Shown: positions 26,117-39,600, numbered from the stretch's first letter. The stretch: 64,000 nt of DNA from Chrysomallon squamiferum (GCA_012295275.1 CM022673.1:18972001-19036000); one strand, 5' to 3'. Program-made: numbers and translations. The notes: generated by a model not told the origin, from the sequence alone.

Positions 26117-29100
26117 CACACACATGTATATATACTCATGTTCAAATTTCTGGAGTTCATACCACATAATAATTCATACCACATACTACAAAATAACAGA
26201 AAGAAGTTAATCTTTATTTACAAAAGAAATAATTGAAAAGTTTTTCATTCAGATTTTGTTGTTTCTTTCTAACTATGTGTATACCAAATTTTAAATCTGT
26301 AGCACAAAATGTTAGGGTAGTATCAAAAATAATGTCATTAAAAAACCCCAAATGAAGTTTTATAAACCATATTTCCATTTATTGTGACTCTAGAAGACTT
26401 GTTATGCACCATTATTTTGTTATTCATGTATATTCACTTTCTTTGCAAAAATACCTGAAACATTTCTGTGAAAAAGTAAAGTTTTTATATATGTTCTCTA
26501 AATGGCCATGTCAAAAACTAAAAAAGTGTTTTTGTTTATTCAGATTTTTTCATTTTACACTTAGCTTGTCCACTTTCTCCCTAGTAATAGCTTTTAAACT
26601 AATGGAGACATGTTTTCTTAATGGTTTCTTTTTGTCAACACTTTTTAACATTATTAATCAATTATTTATTTATGTACTTTATATTATATATATATATATA
26701 TATATAAAACTTCATAACAGTCAGATAATAACATTCATAAGAAATGGCAAAAACCTGTATTATTGATGATTAAATTTTGTTTTCTTTTTAGCTACAGAAA
26801 TTGATGAAGTCACTGATGCTCTAAATGATATTGGCCTAGATCTTGCAGCAAAGCACAGATCTTGTACAGGAGTACTGGCTTCTCATCCTGACAGCCGGGA
26901 TGTACACATTGACACGCTTTCTATTGCTTTCCATGGTGCTGAGTTACTTCATGACACACGGCTTGAACTCAATGTTGGCAGGAGATATGGTCTCATAGGA
27001 CTGAATGGCTGTGGTAAAATTTTGTTTGTTTTGGCATTTTTAGCTGTGGCAGCATTTGAAATTATTGGGTGCAAATAGCTTGAATATCCCATTTGCACCA
27101 GAAATGTCATTATTGCAGTCTACTTGGAGCAGTTGTGTCAGTAATTTTTGTTTACTGAAACTGGAAGCAGTTCAAACTTAAATACTAAATCTGTTATAAC
27201 TAATACAAAAACTACATATGTGATAATTGTGATTTAGATTTTGTGAGAAAGACTGTTAAAGTAATCAGATGTTTTGGATAAATAATTGTAGTTGAAACAC
27301 AGTTAATTCATGTAATTTAATTTTATTCAAATTTATGTTGATTAGATGAAGAATACAAAAAAGGAGTTCCTCCTGCCATTTTGCTTACTTGATGCTCAAG
27401 GGTTATTTATAATTAAATAGAGGCATAATGATAATACAAATGGTCAACAGAATAAAAAACATTCTCTACCAATCATGTTTGTTTATTTTATAGATGTTTT
27501 AGTTTTTTAAATGCATGAAAATAAAAAAAATAAAAAAGTACTGAATAATAAAACACTAATTTTTATTAATTCATTACAAATATATATATAAAATGAATTA
27601 ATAAGAACTAGTAATGTATTGTTCAATATTTCATTATCTTTGTATACTAGAAAATGAAAAAACAAACAAATATATATATATATAGATCTGTTAAAAAAAT
27701 GTTTTTAAGCTATAATCAAGATTAATTTAAAATTAGTGAAAATTACTACAAACTAGTGAACCACAGTGTTCCCACTATGTGTTCATAAACAGACACACAA
27801 AATAAAACTTTCAGACTTCAAAACTTAAACCATAAAAGACAAAATGGTAGTGTAGGAAGCAAATATTTGGTATAGTTCAATTTTGGGTTCTAATTATTTA
27901 TTATTAGAAAAGGTGATATTTCATTTCAAGGAACATCAGGTAATAAACAATGTAACATTCAACCGTCCTTATTTGACAGCCAGTTGAAAACAGCTGATTT
28001 ATTCTGTTGTGATTACAGGAAAGTCTACACTGTTGAAGGTTCTGGAAATGAGAGAAATTCCAGTGCCAGATCATGTTGATATTTTCCTGTTGCGCAGAGA
28101 AATGGCTCCCTCTGACAAGACAGCAATCCAAGCTGTTATTGATGTTGATGCTGAGAGAGTCAGACTAGAAAAAGAAGCTGAAATCCTTGGTGCCAGAGAT
28201 GATCCAGGTAATTTCTTTTAACATAAAATTAAAAAATTTCACCAAAACTTAATTGGATTTGTATGTTATTATGTATGAAAACATCATTGTTTAACCCTTA
28301 GACTATTTCATTATTTTCTGATTTTAATTTTTTATAATACAATCAGGTTAATAAATCATGAAATGTTAAAATATGTATTACTTTTATAAAATGAACATGA
28401 TAGTCTGCAGTGAAGATTTTAAAATAAAAACACCTAAAGTAAAACAGTTGCACTGATACCACTTGCAGTTTTTTTGTTTTTTTCTGGCCAGTCATATAAG
28501 CAAATCAGTTATAATTTATGAATGGATCCATACATGACTTGGGTCAGTCGTAAATGAAATGTTGTAATTACCAATTTTCATTCATCATAATTGTAATTGA
28601 TCAATTACAGTTCAGTTAATGTAATATGAATGTGACATCTTATATATATATATAACCAAATGTTTCTTTAAATAACAATTATAGATTTAGGGAGTGTTTT
28701 TTTTTTAAGAATAAGGATTATTAATGCAAAATATTACATTTATGACGAGGTTGTCATGAACAAGCAAATAAATCTGATATTTGAAAATAACTGCAGGATA
28801 TCCATTTTACTCTTTGTAACAGTCACTGGGATCTTTTTTATTTATGTTGCTATGTTCCTTTATAATCATAAGTGAGGTATAGATTAAAATAAATAAATTG
28901 TAACAGACAACAATGAAAGAGGTAACAATAGTGATTGTTTTTTAAGCATTGGGAAGAGGATTGTAATTCTGAATGAAGGTTAGAAAGCAAAATAATTGTA
29001 ACTATAATGGGAAATGAATTAACCCTGTCATCCTAGTGTGATGAACATCGTACTTCTACTTTGATTATATCATGACTTATCTGCAAATTTGTGAATATTT

Positions 29101-32100
29101 ATGCATTTCACTAAGTTGTGACTAACGATATTTTTTAGAATCTCATGAACGCTTGCTGGATGTATTTGAACATCTAGATGAAATGGATGCTGACAAGGCA
29201 GAAGCAAAAGCTGCATTTATACTCAATGGTTTGGGCTTTACAAAGGAGATGCAGTACCAGAAGGTAATTCTATATACCTTTTGCATGTGAATATTAATAT
29301 TATTAGTAACTATGAAAATATTTACGTATTTTAAGAATAAAAGTGAAAGATTATTAGTTTAATTAAAATATTTAAAACACAGGGACTGTGGATTAATTTA
29401 TGATGAAACGGATATAGAAATGATTCTTTTATATAAATCAATTTTAAAATGATTGTCTTTTGTATATTTTTCATTTTTATAATATTTAAGAACAGCTAAT
29501 TATGTCAAAATGTTAATTTATATTTATTGCTGGTCAACTGGCAACTATATTTTTTTTTTTTTTTTTCGTCTCATTAATTATTAGAACTATCCTGTTACAA
29601 AACTTCAGCATTAACTTTCCAACAAATAAAATTTGCCATATTTATGTCTTTCAAATTAAATGGTTTATTTTTTTTGTTTTTGTTTTTTTATAAACTCCAA
29701 AATTAATGTTAAAAATTCTCAAAAATGTAAAAAAAAATTAAAAAAAAAATTATTATTCCTGGCCATAAAGATATGAAATGTGAATTCATTACAATATAAA
29801 TATTGTAATTAATTATTAATTTTCAAATTGACTGTGAAATTACAGGTCTAGTTTTTTTTTACCAACTCTTAATCATCCAACTATATAAAATAAATCACTA
29901 CTTGAAAGATCAAGTATTTCCCTGCATACATAGTTACAATAATAAACAGCTTTTAATTTTACTCTTTCCAGGTAAAGAATTTCTCAGGAGGTTGGAGAAT
30001 GCGCATTGCTCTTGCCAGAGCCTTGTACATCAAACCAGCACTACTGTTACTGGACGAGCCCACTAACCATCTGGATCTTAATGCTTGTGTTTGGCTGGAA
30101 GAAGAATTAAAAACGTTTGTTAATTTTCTGTTGCTCATTTCTTGTCACTTTTAAGAAATTTGTGTTAAATGAAATGGAATATGATGACAAAAAAGGCCGA
30201 GGTTCAGTGTTTAAGCTCTCTATTTCAGATTGATGCTTGACACAATGGTCTAAACTTCGTAGCGATTTAATGTTACTGATTCCATTTTGTTTTAAAACAA
30301 TATTTTGCATTCAGTTTTTGATTTTCATATATAAATCCAGAATTGAAATTTCATTTCAAAACCATAGCTTTTTTGATTCTGGTCATGAAATTAAAGAGAA
30401 ATCAGTCTTCTCCAGTTACAAATTGATGATTTTGTTGGTTTTGGGAACCAGCAATCAAGGTTCAAAGTTTGAACTCTGATTTCAGATAGATACTTCAATG
30501 TTTCTATTTCACTTAATGTCATTTTATTTTACTTAAAAATGTGTTACTTCTTATCAATTCATTTCACTGTTATGAGAGTGTATCTCAATATTTGGTCTTG
30601 TTTATGGACAAAAATTTTCCTTTCAGATACAAGAGAATTTTGGTTATAATTTCACATTCTCAAGATTTTCTGAATGGTGTCTGTACAAATATAATCCACA
30701 TGCACTTGAAAAAACTCAAATACTATGGTGTAAGTGTTTCGCTGTTTTTATTATTGATTGTTATTACTGTTTCAATTTATTAAACGCTACCAGGCACATG
30801 CACACAAAATGTTGTATTAGCACTTATACATTTAGGTGTTTCAACTGTTAAATTTTTACAGTTTACTTCAAATTTTCATTTATTGGTTTTAATGGTATAT
30901 CATGTATAAAGATGTTGTTTTTGTTTGTTTTTGGTTAAGATTTTTTTTCTCCATTAATATCCTCCATTCATCCAAAAGGCAATATTGTAAATGTAAGGGT
31001 TCCTTGACATTTTATTTTATTTTTCTAGGGTAATTATGATTCATTTGTTCAAACACGAATGGAATTGGAAGAAAATCAGATGAAAAGATACAAGTGGGAA
31101 CAAGATCAAATAGCTCATATGAAGGTGTGTGTACTGGCAAGAGTAATGTTTTCCTACTTTATGAAGAAAGTTTTCCTTGTTAAATTATCAAATAATAGTG
31201 ATGTATGGAATATGATGACAAAAAAGGCCGAGGTTCAGTGTTTAAGCTCTCTATTTCAGATTGATGCTTGACACAATGGTCTAAACTTCGTAGCGATGAA
31301 ATTTTACTGATTCCATTTTTCTGTAAAATTATTTTTGATATTGTTGATTTTCTTTGTTCAACTAATTACACTTTTGTTTTAATTCTGAATATTGTTTGTT
31401 ATTTAAAATACTGAATTGTCACAACAATCTAGCAGTTTAAAAAATAATTTACAGTCTCACCTCAGTAGTGTTTATTCTCTTCAGCGCTTAATTATACAGT
31501 ATGTAAGTACGTAAGTGTGAAAAATAAAACTGCTAAATGTTATAAAAGTTGACAATCAAAATTTGTGTATCAGAATAAATAAACATATGTATCATTTTAT
31601 AGATATTCATAACATATTATAAACCATAAAAAAATTCCAAGGCTCTTTTTGAGACATCATTTAAAAATAGATGCATCTGAAAAGGGCCTTTTTGCAAAAT
31701 AATGAATTGGATGTAGAGAAAAAATTTGAAGTTGAGAATTTAATGACAAATGACAATCAATTTGTGTGTGTGTGTGTGTGTGTGTGTATAAATATATACA
31801 CACACACACAGTGCTTTACTGCTTAATCATACAAAATATGATGAGAATACGGTTTGAAAGAGATGTTCTTTTTTAAAATTGCTGTGATCGATATAAAGGC
31901 CACAATTTCTTTGCTTTTTACAGCTAAATCTCTCTTCTTTTACTTTTTCTTTTTTTCTCTTTTTATAAACAGCAGTAAACTGCCCTGCAAATGTTTTAGC
32001 TTAGTTTGCCAGCTGGCCACACTGACTGTAAACTATGTTTTGATGAATGTTTGATTTTTTTATTTGTGAAAATGAAAATGAAGAGTATAGCATGAAATGT

Positions 32101-34565
32101 TAACATTGGAAAGAGGATGCAGTTGAATATCTGTGTTCAGCAACCATGATTAATTCATCTTCATTTAAAATCTTATGTATGAAGAATGACTAGTCTAACA
32201 AACCATACAAGATATATGTAATCATTATCACACAGTACAAAAACAGGCTGATTCACTAATAGTATTTATTTGTAGGACTACATTGCCCGATTTGGTCATG
32301 GCAGTGCCAAACTTGCAAGGCAAGCACAGAGTAAAGAGAAGACACTGAAGAAGATGGTTGATAGTGGTTTGACTGAGAAAGTTTCATCTGATAAGGTGTG
32401 ATGTTACCATAGTGTCTTCAATAACAGAATGATTTTTAATGACAGAATATCTCTAATTTTTTCTCAATTAAAAAATTAATGTTTAAGTTTTTAAACTATA
32501 TATTTATGTATATATTTATAGAATATATATTTACTGAACCATTGGATAGGTAAAGTACTATTTCCTGATTTTTGTAATATGTTTGAGAAATGAATATTCA
32601 GACTACATGCAGAAACATATATTTATTAGCGTTTAGCTGTTACCTATTTTGGTTGTGGAGTTTATCTCAAAATTATTAATTTTCCATAAATCACTCTTCC
32701 TTGGTCCTTTTTAATTCATTTTATTATTGATGAGCACTGATTTGCCCTGGATATGGTATGATGCTGGCTAATCAAACTTGTTTACAGCACTGATACAGTG
32801 AATCAGAAAAGTGTTGTACATATGTAAATGAAAAAAAGAAGTGTTACCATCTTTCATTTCCCAGGCCTGCACTGAGAATATTTTTTTTTTTTTTTTTTTT
32901 AGCTTTTGTCATTTTACTTCCCATCATGTGATCCAATCCCACCACCAGTCATAATGGTGGAAGATGTCAGCTTCAGATATGGTCCTGATAAAGTAAGTTG
33001 CTTGTTTCCTGTTGAAACAAATAAAACAACTTATGTTCTGCTTAGAAATTTTGAACCATGATTATAATATGTAAGAAATTAAAGCCAACATTTATAAATT
33101 AAAGTAACATGACCAGATAATTTTAAATATATTTTTTTAGAACAAAATTCATTTGTATCTCAAGGAGGTTTTTTTGATGCCATAAAATAAGTTGGTTAGA
33201 ATGAAATTTATTTTGTAATTGAATATAAATTATTTATCTGCAGCCATACATCTACAAGAATCTCGATTTTGGTGTTGATTTAGATACACGTATAGCTCTG
33301 GTGGGACCAAATGGAGCTGGAAAATCGACTCTGCTGAAATTAATTACTGGCGAGGTAATTTTTGTTTAAAATATCTAGATAATTTTCAGTCATTTTGTTT
33401 TCAGTATCATCATAAAGCTAAGGGATTTTGTATGTATTTCATATGTTTATATTTGCTTGCAGCTGGTACCTACTGACGGATTTATTCGAAGACATTCACA
33501 CTTGAAAATTGGAAGATATCACCAGGTAATTAAGAGAAGATGGTAAAATTATATTGTAAACAATACATGTATAAACTGACAATTAATACGTTACCCCATA
33601 AGTATGAAAATAAATATCCTTTTAAATTCTACCTCAGTATTCTGTGACAGTTCTTTATTTTCATAATTAATTAGAATGTAAAGTAGAAAAAATAATATTG
33701 CTTTTTTGTAGACAGTTTTTTTTTTTTTTTAATAGTTCTTCAAATTATTACCAAAAATGTAAAGGATGCTAAGGTGTCTGTCTGTTAAAATTTATTTTTC
33801 TTTCCACATATAGCATCTGCAAGATCAATTGGACTTGGAAGTATCGGCGCTTGATTACATGATGAGGTGTTATCCTGAAGTTAAAGAACGAGAAGAAATG
33901 AGGAAAATTATTGGTCGATATGGTCTTAGCGGATTACAGCAGGTTTGTAATACTGATGTATTACAGTATTCTCATTAATGTAAAAACATTTCTGCTATTA
34001 ATTTTTATGCTTGGATTTTGGTTAACAATTTTAAATTACTTTTATTATTATAGACATGTCCTATTAAAAATCTGTCTGATGGTCAGCGATGTCGAGTAAT
34101 ATTTGCCTGGCTTGCATGGCAATGTCCACATCTCCTTCTGCTTGATGAACCAACCAATCATTTGGATATTGAAACAATTGACTCTCTGGCAGATGCCATC
34201 AATGACTTTCAAGGTGGTCTCCTATTAGTCAGTCATGACTTCAGGCTTATATCTCAGGTAATTTACACACACTCAATTACTGAAAATATGAAAAATAACT
34301 GCTTAATACATAGAGAACTGAACTGTGTTTGTGTGTGTGGATGATTTTACTTCTTCAGTATTATTAAATTGGCAAAATTTCAAGATATTTTATCCATAAA
34401 GAAAAGATTTTCAGACATTACAATAAGATTTTTGACTTTCAGGTTACAGAAGAAATCTGGATATGTGAAAAACAAACAGTGACAAAATGGGACAAAGACA
34501 TATTTGAATACAAGAAACAACTGGCTGCAAAAGTAACAAAACAAAATGCCAAACTTCGAAAATGA
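25750..34565 (+). CDS. ABCF2: ATP-binding cassette subfamily F member 2, about 611 aa, 14 coding exons
   Basis: Exons: 25750-25867, 26792-27013, 28019-28207, 29139-29263, 29972-30114, 30627-30729, 31029-31124, 32276-32395, 32903-32992, 33244-33354, 33463-33525, 33814-33942, 34054-34257, 34443-34565 (1836 nt, in frame). N-terminus [18 protein letters not shown]. Two ABC domains ([28 protein letters not shown]; [26 protein letters not shown]) and linker [21 protein letters not shown]. No TM domain. Confidence 0.97.
30172..30287 (+). ncRNA. Box C/D sno/scaRNA, SNORD89-like, copy 1 (ABCF2 intron 5)
   Basis: Terminal stem AAATGGAAT/ATTCCATTT, box C ATGATGA (30181-30187), box D CTGA (30276-30279), internal stem GTGTTTAAGC/GCTTGACAC. 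Antisense AAAAGGCCGAG is complementary to U2 snRNA CUCGGCCUUUU. Layout matches human SNORD89 as I recall it (not searched). Confidence 0.85.
31205..31316 (+). ncRNA. Box C/D sno/scaRNA, SNORD89-like, copy 2 (ABCF2 intron 7)
   Basis: Stem ATGGAAT/ATTCCAT, box C 31212-31218, box D 31307-31310. Identical to copy 1 over about 93 nt while the flanking intron sequence is unrelated. Confidence 0.85.
31969..32108 (+). ncRNA. Candidate box H/ACA snoRNA (ABCF2 intron 7)
   Basis: 5' hairpin ACAG-CAGT..pocket..GCC-CTG-CAAA / TTTG-CAG-GGC..ACTG-CTGT is followed directly by an ANANNA H box (AAACTA, 32030-32035). An AU-rich second hairpin follows, then ACA at 32103-32105. About 140 nt, sense to the host. 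Target not identified. Confidence 0.4.
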
Positions 34566-36614
34566 TGACTGGATAAATTTAGGCAATATCTGTACTTTGT
34601 CTTTCTTAATTTATGGCAACCATTATTTAAAATTTAAATTTGAGATCAGTTAATGCACATCTGTGTTATTTCGAAATAAACTGAACCACTCCGTATATTT
34701 AACAAATTGTATTTATTTGTATGTCATTCACTGTCAGCAGGTTCTGAAACTGAAAAACCAGATCTGGGAGTAATAATTAAAACTTGAGAATTGTCCATGT
34801 TTAATGTGGGTTTTTTTTTAAAAAGTATTAATTATATGTGGATTGTCTTCTCTGAAAATAAATTCATATTACATCTCATGAATTAATATTTTTAACTTAT
34901 AATTAGGGATGAATGTTATTTTTAAGTTCAATTTAATCTTTAAAACCTTTCAACCTCATTGCTATTTATGTAACTAAGCAGTGAATCTAGGTAATCTACG
35001 AATACAGCAAGATGTTTAAATCTCCAGGAAAATAGTACTTAGCAAATTCAGATTTTAAAAAAAAGAAAAGAAAAGAAACATTTTGCATAGTATGTTTAAT
35101 TTTAAAATAAAGTTAGTTCAAGGGGATTGGAAATTTGTTTTCGTGATTTTAGCCATTTTAAAAGCATTATTTCTCTTATGGAAATAATCCACATAATTGT
35201 TTAGTTGGTTGAACAAAATTAAGATACTTAACACCTTAGTTTTTCAATTTTTTTAGAGATGAGCAATTTAAGTTTAATAAAAAAATAAAAATAATCTATT
35301 TGCTGAAAACAGGTCAGTTTTAATCAAGTTCTTTGGCATGCATGGATATTTTAATATATTTTGACCAGTAGAAGCCACTTGATCTAAAAACTTTTTATAA
35401 TCTCATTTGTTATTTATATAAAATTATCTGTGTTTTGTTAATATTCAAACTAAAAAATTTGTTGCCTGTAATAAGAAACAATAAAATTGGTTCTTGACAC
35501 GGCTCGTTTTCCCATTTCTTTTACTGAAGTCGTATAACTTGGGTGTTTTGACAAATATTGATCGGTTGCTGTTGACTTGGTAGACTAGTAAAGGTTCACA
35601 CACGGTTTGAGATCAGAACAAATGCTTTTATTTTTGGTATATATTTTTTAATTTTATTAAACTTTATTTAGAAAATAAACATGTTTATTAATTTTATGAC
35701 TAGTTACCAGAAACTAATGAAAGTTATTTTCTCTTACAGGTTTTGCTTTTTAATAATGTCACATGTATTTGGCAAAACAGACATCAGAATAGGTCAAACA
35801 AATTTAATAAACCAATTAAGAGTACATTTAAAAATAATTTTCCAGATACATCAATTAATATTACAATAGTGGCGGTTAAACTTTATAATTATCTAATTAC
35901 AGAGATGCCCATAACAGCTCTTGTACATCAAAAGTTTAGAATTGTTTGAAGCGGGGATAAAAACAGTTAACTACAAATGGTTAATGCTGACATAAAGCAG
36001 TTGTAATATTATGGATAATGCTCCAAGTGTGAAATAATATGGTCATTTTCATTTTTGAAGATTTATAAACTGATATCTCTCGATATATTTACACAATTTA
36101 GCTATACTAATTTATATTGAACAAATTCCCATGCTGTGAAAATTCCCTTGTAAAAAACCCCTGGCTCCGATTTAGCAAACAAAACATTTATTTTCAGTTA
36201 ACACATTTCAAATTTTAAGGCAGTACAGCAGCAAATGCCAAATTCAACACAGATAGGACAATTAACAATCTTTGTGCCACTACATTTTATTCAAAATGAC
36301 AAAAAAAAAAAAGCATCTATAGAAACACAAACAATTATATTTATTACATCAGTGTTTATTAAAAATGAACAAAATGAATCACTTAAGAGCAAGATGAATA
36401 CAAGACAAATACAAAAAATGTTTTGTAGCAGCAGAAATTACTGAAAATGAAACAATAACAAATTCATTGTTATAGGAACGTTGACATCTCAGACAAAAAT
36501 CCAAGTCTGCCTTGCAGGTATCCATAAAAAGGTGTGACTGTCAATTGTCCTGTCTGCTGCTCATGTACATAAATCACAATATAATTGCCTTGGATAATCG
36601 CAAGCTTTACTACT

Positions 36615-39600
36615 TCAGTTCAGGTCAGGTAAATCTGAAAAAAACATGCGCCTTTATTAAAACCAGTGACATTTTATTTTGATTTTTAATTTATTTGAGA
36701 GGACATTTAACACATACCAGCATCCATCATTTCTGAAACTTTAACACACATTATCCTTTTTTATGTAGATAATGTTGCTCTAAACAGGGTCTACACAGAA
36801 AAATAATTAGCTTGCTACTTACCATCATCATCACTGTCTTCGTCTTCTTTATCCTGAAAACAGAAACATACTCAAACATGAACCAAAAATATGTAATAAT
36901 AATATATAAAAATACATAAAAATAAATACGAAACTAACACATAAATCCTGCTTATAAAATTACAACAAAAGCGTCTTCAGTAAGTATTAAATGTTACTCA
37001 TTCATTGTTTTTCTTAATTCATTTTCCATAGAATTTATACACGTACCTCATTTTAAGGCAAGCTATGTGATATTCACATTTAAAAGTTTTTATTTAAGAC
37101 AAGATCATATTTATGCTGAGCTGACCTCAAAACTGATATTAACTACAAAAATGAAAAATCAAATAAAACTCACCATATCTAACGGAGCATCTTCACCACC
37201 CAGACCTCCCATAGAACCCATCATCTAATTAAAACCATTTATATAATTTAAAAAATGAGTCAATAAATAGTAAATTAATAAAGATGTTATTTGACTTAAT
37301 GAACATGAAAATATCATTTAAACCACATTTTAAAATCTGCATGGCCAATTCTTTTTTTATAACTCATCTTGTAAAATTTCTTGCCATTAGACCTCAGCAT
37401 TTAAGTTCATTTATGAAACGTTAATACATGCATTAAGATATTTCAAAATATTTCTTTTTAATTAATAAATAATGATAAGAAGCAATTTGTTTTTAACTTC
37501 TTCTAATTTTTTAGTTTGTGATGTCAATAATTCCCAAAATGAGCATTTAAAAATGTTAGTATTCATTTACCTGCTCAAGATTAAAATCATCTGCAGGTTC
37601 ATCAATATCTGAATCATCTTCATCCTTCCATCTTTCAAAATCTGTTTTGATATAATGAACCTGTAAAATAAAAATTATGCATGAAAAAATCATATAATTC
37701 AAACTGCTCTGAGATAAACAATAAAATACACCTCGTTCTCATACAAGATTTGCTTGAAAAGTATTTTAAAAATACATAAATTTAGAGTGCTCACCTTTTT
37801 TGTATCTTTTAATAACCGTGGCCAGAAGGCTTCATCTGTGTGTTTTTTCTTTAATGTAAAAGCTATTTCCCTACCTCCAACAATATATTTAGAAGTCTGG
37901 AAATAATAAAAATAATATTTTAAGGATTATGAATAATCTATATTTATAATTTTTTAAATTATATAATGAAAAATATAAAACAACACTTTTTTAATAAATA
38001 TATTTTTATTAAAATAATTTAAGATGTAGTTATCTAAATAACTTTCTAAAAAACATTCACTTCAATGGTACTTACATCAGGACATATAGCTGCGTAGAAT
38101 TCCAAAGTAACTTCATAAAGCTGTTTTTCTGTACCACCTTTTCCTCTGAAATTAATATATATATATATATATATATAAATATACATACTCATACATACAC
38201 ACAAAGCATAAGATAAATATACATATGGTATCTTGAATGTCGAATCTGATTATAAACATGCTTTAATTAACTGTTTTCTTGTTAGAAATTCATTTAATCA
38301 GTTTTATAGTGTTCGTCTACAAAAGAACAGTATAAACACACACACACACATACATCTATAAAGTGATTATAAAGATAAACAACTTTATTATTCATTAAAT
38401 AAAACTAATTCCAAAATAATGTACAAATGTGGTTGGTCCTGTATTTCACATATTCCTCATATTGCATTTCTTAAAATGCTAAGCAGTAGACATTTCATGA
38501 AAATCTTTATGTCAAACTTATAAATTAATTCTTTGATAAAACTGTTTCACTCTTACAGATATTTTTATTCAAGATGAATTTTTATAATGTATATGCTCTT
38601 TTTCAGAATATTTAAATTATGTGTCCATTTATCTTAAGTGACACTTGTATCAGGTCCATATTCGTATATGGAAGCACACAAAGGTACTTTATTTAGCTAG
38701 CCAGAAACTGACTCATACTTACTTGAAATGTAGTGTGTTCTCTGTCAACTCAATTAATGGATTATTGCAGTTTTCCAAGACTACTGTCAAAAGGACTCTA
38801 TCTTTACGTTGTGCCCAAAGAATTGCAGGGGGATAGCTGCTGGTGAAAAAGAATAAAACAAATAAGAAATATAATTCATTGATTTAAATAAAAAAATATT
38901 AATAATAAAACTGCCTTTTCTGATTTATAAATACAGTCTCTGGCAATATCCCTATGTATTTTATGCATCTGTAACAACACAGGACTAGTACAACACATTA
39001 ATGTATAAAGGTATTATCCTTGAGTTCATACTGTTTGTATTATTTAATAATTTTACTTTTAAAGTGTAAATAATTTGAATATGTCCAACTCACATTAATT
39101 AACTGTTTATACTGAAATCAATCCATTCCATAGTGATGGTATTCGAAATTTAGGCTATCATCAAAAGCCAGCAACATTAAAGTGGAATTGTGTGTGCCTG
39201 CACACACACGTGCAGTATCAGGCGTTAATAATCTTACATCTGAACATTACAATCAAAAGATGCATTTGGTATAACATTATTGCCCTGATATAAGCAGACA
39301 TCTTTAGCATTTGAATACACTGGTTATTCAAAATCTGCATTTTATTTGAATGTACTGAATGATAACGTTTAATAATGCAATCATTTTAAATGTACAGCGT
39401 CTCCACCCACCGATTTTGATCAGTAGTGAGATTGCCCTACTTCAAAAATACAATAATGCACATATCACAAAGTATGTTCGCCTTAAATGTGGATAATTAC
39501 AAGACCAGTAAGAAGATTACATATAGCAAACCAAAAAAATATTATATTGCATGTTCTAATAATTTCCAAATGAAAACTGGTATCAAAACGTGGTAACGTG

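Noticed and set aside
27043-27180. Two hairpins in ABCF2 intron 2 (GGTGCAAAT/ATTTGCACC; TCAGTAA/TTACTGA) as an H/ACA RNA
   Set aside because: No ANANNA box after the first hairpin and no correctly placed ACA.
28513-29035. Possible old MITE with GTAATTG repeats and the near-palindrome AATTGTAATTGATCAATTACAGTT
   Set aside because: The ends are too degenerate to define TIRs or a TSD without a library search.
32530-32625. U17/SNORA73-like 3' end (CATGCAGAAACATAT)
   Set aside because: The conserved m1 (AUAUUCCUA) and m2 (AAACCAU) motifs are not present in the required arrangement.
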